This document shows, one piece after another, positions 52,253 through 64,000 of a DNA stretch of 64,000 bases. Under the pieces are notes generated by a model. That model saw only the letters and a program-made list of their open reading frames with translations, was not told the DNA's origin and did no database searches. The stretch is from positions 4,515,227 through 4,579,226 of the forward strand of contig CM082579.2 in NCBI GenBank assembly GCA_040954595.2, written 5' to 3'. A program made the position numbers and the translations under genes. The DNA is from Balanoglossus misakiensis. Its lineage: Eukaryota > Animalia > Hemichordata. Positions within the stretch are counted from its first letter, which is position 1, and every line of letters starts with the position of its first letter.

Positions 52253-53261
52253 TCCTTATAGTGGTAATTGTATTGATGTGTGTGTGTGTGTTGTTTGTTA
52301 TATGGTTGGAACAAGTTGTGTGCACTCACAAAAGAAAAAAACACAAAAAGATCCAAATAAAAAAAAATACATAATATGGAAATAAGACAATTTTTCGACC
52401 AAGGAAAACCATCTGAAATCATATGACACTATGAAAGCATTTATGAGGTAGGGCTAGGCAGAAATTGAAGAGTCTTGGTAAGTATCTGCATTTTAGACAT
52501 AGATTAGCAGGAGATAGTTCATAAAACAGTATATCAAGCCTCCTTACTTTGTAATGAAATAACGGAAAATTGGCTGTGGCATGTTCGCTGAAAAAAATTG
52601 TGGGGATAAAACAACATTTAATATATACGATTAGGAATGCTGGCAATGCTCAAGCTTGTGCGATTTTTTCTTCAATGTTGGATATTAATTAAAAGTTCTT
52701 GGTTTCGCCAATGTTGCAGTGAGTTGACAGAGGGGACTACGGTAAAACGTCTCTGGCACCGGGGGTCAAGAAGAGCGAAGTCGCGCCTGGAAATTGACAC
52801 CCCCCCCCCCCTTCTTCATTATTGGTGCCTCCCTTCGGAGGGGTAGAAGAAGAGGTTCGACTTCAAGTCAGATCTGGGCTAACGCGTGTATAGGATTTCT
52901 TTAATACCAAAGCGTAGGTAGAATCTCGTGTTGGTGGTTTAAAAATAGTATAGAAATTCTGTGTTTGTAGTGGGAGGGGATGACGGGAAAAGAGGGGCGC
53001 GAAAAAGTGTTAAAATCGTACTTTACTGCCATTTTTTCTGGCAGAAATGGAGCCGATAGTCGTTGTTGGCGTACACGTAAAGTGCTCTTGACAAGTACCT
53101 TGCTTTCAGAAATCCCAATTTCTTCTGTCGGCGTCAAAGTACAGGTCCCTTCTAAATATGTAGGCGAACGAAGGCCTTGTCTGGATGTATCGAGATCAAA
53201 GCAGATATTCCACTTTGAAGCAAATTCTTCTCTCTGGTTTGATCTTGCAAATCCACGGCGA

Positions 53262-59066
<5,805 letters not shown>

Positions 59067-62000
59067 GGTGTATACGAGAATCGACCTCCTGGAACAAAAA
59101 TGAGCAAAAAGCACACACGCAGTGCGGTTTGTGTCACGCTTGACGAGGCAGTGAAGTTTACACTATGACGAGTACAAACACACTGCAGCAAAGGTCAGCG
59201 AAAACAAACCCCGAAGCTCGGAGTCACGCTGCATACACCCAGCCTCCTTTCAGTAATTATTCATGGCGAGGCGGCGTGCCAAGCCCTACGACGCATGGTG
59301 ACCATTCCCCCTCCTAATATGCGACAACAATGCGTTTCCGCCAGATTCATTTGCAAATTCTACCTGTCGCAGGCATTCCTCGGGGGTGCATGTTTACCCC
59401 CTCGCGTCTTCAGACTCCCCACGTCGATTTGGGGAAAAAGAATTGCCCGATTAATTGGATGATACGTAGTCTAACATTAATTACTGCGCGGTGTCTGACA
59501 ATGGATGAGACAGAGATTGCGGTTTGAGAACACGAGCTCTTTCACACTTTCTCATTCTGCCACACATTGTGTGCATTATCCAAATGTGCTAAACCGTCAA
59601 CATGTTTATCCAAAATCTCCAAGTTATCCAAAGTTTCACACGAGGAATAAATGGACAAGATTAACACACACAAGACGATTAATGGTAAAACGTGCTTCAG
59701 TGATGTCTTATACAATATCTTACGTGTTTACGCCAGTGCGTCGGAAACAGTTCTCGAAGTCTAATAGTAATATACTCAAATTGACGCAGGTATAACAGCG
59801 TAAATTTACCGTAAGTAGTAAACTTTCTTTTCGAAAGAATTGGAATTGGTTGAGAATGCATACTGTACTGGGGGTAGCAGAGCGGGGATGTTTTAACATG
59901 GCGCGGTTGCAGGCCGTGAAAAGTAGGAAGGGAGGGGTATAGGGAGGGAGGGAGGGAGACAGACAGACAGACTCACTGCATCACATACACTGCCCTGCAC
60001 TAAGATATCACACTCCTTATATGAGCGTTCAGACGTCGCGGTCTACTCACACCTGGTTAAAATTCTAATAGGAACAAAGTAGATACGTCACTCGACATTT
60101 TCGCCCACTGGCACGTCCACTGAATAGAGGCAATGGTGATTAATTACGTGTTAAAACAAAGGTAGTGGGAAAGACTGAATTCGTAAAAGGCAGATCTGAA
60201 AGACAATCTTGGAGAAACTTCGACAAAAACACTTCACGGCCGTTATCCATCACAACGGTCATAGTTACTTAACGAGCAAATTCGCCCAGGGACGTCTTTA
60301 AAATGCTATGTCGAAAACGATATAATATTCGCCACGCTATTTAGTCAATCAGTGCCGGCTATAATCGATCACCTCGATGACACTGCACGACGGTGAGAAA
60401 AAGAGCATCTTCTAATTACTAAACGACCTACATGGGTGGTCTGCATCGCGATTAATGAATGCAAATTTCAGATTTTTTTTTAATTCCGTGAAAACCGATT
60501 TTTATCGCCTTCTGTCCTGGAAATATGTTTCGAGAAGTCGGGTAATATCATTATGAGGTGAATATCTGATTCATTGGTTATATGTTCTGTGAAGGGAAGT
60601 TCGAGAATATGAAGAAAAAATATTAGACGTTGCTCGATCACACACGTAGATTGGTGATTTTGTAATGATAATTGGTCTCCTTGCGCGTGTCTGGTGTTAA
60701 CAGGTTTTTTCTTCTGGTTTGGCGCATCTGACCGCTCCGGATTACTCTCGCTCTCACGAACACATTCTTCCGTGACAGGACAATAATCTTATTAGGGTCC
60801 TCTCGACGTCCTTCAAGCTTCCCACGACAGGTTTCAAACCCACCCTCCCTTTATTCAGAGGCATCGCACTCTTTCTCCGTGCCTAACCGGGTGTCTAACT
60901 CGCAGGCAATAAAGGACGAGACTTTGGCCTGTCTGTGACGTATGAGGTAGGAGAACGGGTTGGGTAACTCTTCCTATAGAACTCTTCAAACTCCTGATAA
61001 CGAGTTTTTGAAAGTAATAATAATGACTTTTTCTAAATCGTAATTACGATATATATTTTGCTACTTGGCCAAAAATGCCTTCAGTGTACGCTTTCGTAAT
61101 CAGGGAATATTCCTAGGTAGGAAAATGTAAGCATTCATTATGCAGTTTCACTTCAAATCGTGTATTGAAAGTAGTGTGATGCATGTATATGTACTTTAAT
61201 TGTATTCATAACCATTTTCTTTCGACCCTACCAGAACCACCCCCATATTTGTGCAGTGGCGATCGCGAAATAACACTCCCCAAGGAACCATTTCCTCGCG
61301 AGATAGGAAGACAACAGATGGCGGCCGGACATCCTTGATGTAATTATAAATCAAATTTTGTCAGATGACATGCCACAAAGATCGCGTCACAAAACGCCCT
61401 ATATACATAACGATATGTGCTATGCTGTCACTTTGAAGATTCTCTCCAGGTAACGGAAGATCATATTTTGTCGGTTTTATGGCCTGCGGAACGACCATAA
61501 ACTTATTTCTTTCATAAAGGACAGACTGATGTCACCTTCAGCTGGCATGGTTCCTGGTCAAAGTACGCTGGCCTACAGGAGCGCCCTCTTTTGTTGACGA
61601 CACCTGTTTCTCTCTCTGGTGTGTCTGGTCACACTGACCTGTCACCAATGTCCAGTGGCAGAGGGACTGTGGTGTGGTGTCTCAAATTTCTGGTAAACAT
61701 CACATGCCACCTTATTGAACAATAATAGTATTTACTACGCAAATCAGGCAACTATCATCGACTAGCGTACAGTAGGCCCATTTCCCTTGAGTTATTGGTT
61801 CTGAAATGCAGCAAGAATTGAACAAAAAGAACTCCTCAGATTCCTGCACTAAATAAAAATTACCACTCAAAGAAGCGTGTGACATAGATAAATGTCACCT
61901 TCGTGGAACAATCATCTATAATACATAACATATTTCATTATGTTCTTTGTGCTCTGCAAATAACCTGTCAGAAGGTTAGGTTGGCACCAATATGAAATTG

Positions 62001-62953
62001 AAATATGCCATCCCATATATGCGTTATTATCACCATCGACCTTTATCTCACGACCCGGATTGGCGCATACCTTCGTAACCGTGATCAGGGTATCATCAAT
62101 ACGTACATCAATCAGCAGTGAACACATACATCGCATATCACAGGGTGTCCAAACGCCAGGTCACACTGGCCGACACGTATTCCGTTTATTGACAAAATAA
62201 CTCTGGGCTGCGTGACTGCATACGCAGTTGTCTTCCCTCCTCGAGAGAACAATTCTCAAGAAGCCAACTCTCCCACCAGAGTGTGAATTCAGCATCTACC
62301 GGTAAGTAACAGTCATGTGCCCCCTGTAAGTTTTCTTAACGCTCAAGCAATATGTCACAACACGGCGTTACCGGACATTTGAACACAAGGCTGTCTGTTG
62401 ACCAATATATGCTCTATCCACCTGTGTCTGCGAGCAAAGTCGTGTGGGGAGAATCCGCAGTATTCTGTTTACGTGTTATTTCAACGATGTAAAGCAAAAT
62501 AACAGTGATTCATATAATTTTTCCGGCCGTCACACCGCCATTTGAAGAGAAGGATGTGATAATAGATGAATTTTTAACCATACGGCATTGACCCAACGTG
62601 ACCCAGTACGTTGATTCCTCAGCTTAATGTTAACACTCGAAATTATCACTTCTGTATTCATGTAATAACATATTTTCGAACTTTGTTGGTGTTTACAATT
62701 ATTTTGATTAATGAAGAATTTGTGAACACCCACAGAGAGTTAAGGTTGCTTTTTTGAATTCGGTTATCAGGCAACGTACCAGGAATTATTTGTACAACAT
62801 ACTTTTTATGTTTTGACAAAAGTTGTTGCTTTTAAGCAACTATCCAATCCAATATCTTTGTTTTACAGGTCGAGATTTGCAGTCTTCCGTTCGACCAGGT
62901 CATATGTGTTCAAATTTGATTTTTAAGGCGGATTCACATCAAAGTTGTCAGCT

Positions 62954-64000
62954 ATGTCTCAGGTGGTCACAATTCAACCAGCGGTACGTGTTGTTATGTA
63001 CAAGTACAATAATTGGCTCATTCAAACTCTGTATTTGATAATCAGTATATTACACCTTCATCGTGCTTTGTGTGTGTGTGTGTGTCTGTATGTGTGTGTG
63101 TGTGTTATTTCTCATAAAATTTTGTCCTGTCCTGTATTTCACAACCATAAATTTTACATTACAGTGGCATGTTGTTAAACCTTTGTTAGATGTAAACATA
63201 GATATTGAGATAAATGACATTTGTCTATTTTGACAGTATGATCTGTCCACCCTCAAGGTAAATATAAATATCACGGACATCATCGCGTTATTTTAGATCT
63301 TTTTGACATGTTGCCAATATTTGCACGTATCAGTGTCAATGATCTTTCTTGATTTTGTAGTGTAACGCTGCTATGGCAACAGCCAATAATTGCTGAAATT
63401 TTGGACTCAAATACATCCCATTATGGCCAGTCGGAGGTTATACACCTGTCGATTTCAATTTGCTGAAAGTACTCCCTCTAACGACAGCTTCTTATGAACT
63501 TTTGTAGTTAATGTTTTTGAAGTTTTCTCAGTATCATACCACCATGGATGAATATTTGCTTAAACTATAATCGATCGAACGAACATACAAAATAAAAAAA
63601 AACTATTATTTTTTATCTACAGAAAAGACAATGGAGTCACAAGTTATTTCAGTGCCAGTGTAGAGACTCTCCTTGTACATGTAAGTTTGTTTGAAGCTTT
63701 TTCAAAGCCACAAATCAACACGTCCCACTAATACGCCAACATCCCATCTTTTCAAACGGCTCAGTTTGTATGTGGTGTTGTCGGCCCGTAGAGGGCGCGT
63801 TTGCGTAGCAATGGAGTCGATGGTCGCGAATCATGTACATGTAAATACATTTTGTCGCTTCCTTCATTTTACAGGTGTGACGGTCAGCTTCTGCTACCCT
63901 TGTTACATGTCCAGGATCGGCACGCGCATTGGGGAGAACCCGTGCACTCCTTGCTGCGTGCCTTGCTCCGCTCTGCCCTTCAGGACCAAGATGAGAACCA
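62954..64000 (+). CDS. PLAC8/cornifelin-family cysteine-rich protein (3' truncated by the window)
   Basis: Exons 62954-62983, 63623-63680 and 63875->64000 splice in phase to MSQVVTIQPA|KRQWSHKLFQCQCRDSPCT|CVTVSFCYPCYMSRIGTRIGENPCTPCCVPCSALPFRTKMRT, matching the PLAC8 pattern (VVT.QP..W...LF.C..D...C....FC.PC....IA....E......RT..R). Confidence 0.85.
63068..63104. repeat. Interrupted (GT)n microsatellite in an intron of the PLAC8-like gene
   Basis: Seen directly. Confidence 0.85.

Noticed and set aside
51736-52422. Mirror-image ORFs sharing DPGHTDSS.NQAMIKIL
   Set aside because: By-product of the MITE inverted repeats.

Overview
Intron-rich animal (most likely marine invertebrate) genomic DNA, not prokaryotic. 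I reconstructed seven spliced or intronless protein-coding genes by reading GT-AG junctions in phase. (1) N4BP2-like, minus strand, 21452-8602: CUE, P-loop kinase, a 4.9 kb low-complexity exon, CUE, DUF1771 and Smr. (2) An intronless MPP-beta/UQCRC1-type M16 peptidase, plus, 21686-23134. (3) A SEPT6/8/11-group septin, plus, 23962-27583, with candidate alternative C-terminal exons to ~30900. (4) Cyclin I, minus, 44436-34646. (5) Cyclin G, plus, 47346-50715. (6) A PDGF/VEGF-family ligand with CXCXC repeats, minus, 59066-53262. (7) A PLAC8/cornifelin-family gene running off the right end. Mobile DNA: a ~3.65 kb tandem array of a Helentron/HINE-like non-autonomous element in a cyclin I intron, and a 458 bp foldback element with 152 bp TIRs and a 9 bp TSD. 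The strongest candidates for something undescribed are a G-U-rich, strand-specific RNA stem just behind the septin stop/donor together with a chain of phase-2 cassette exons and UGCAUG motifs; the conserved septin-CCNI-CCNG block; and the intronless peptidase that may be nested in an N4BP2 5'UTR intron. The first ~7.7 kb has no coding region I can support.
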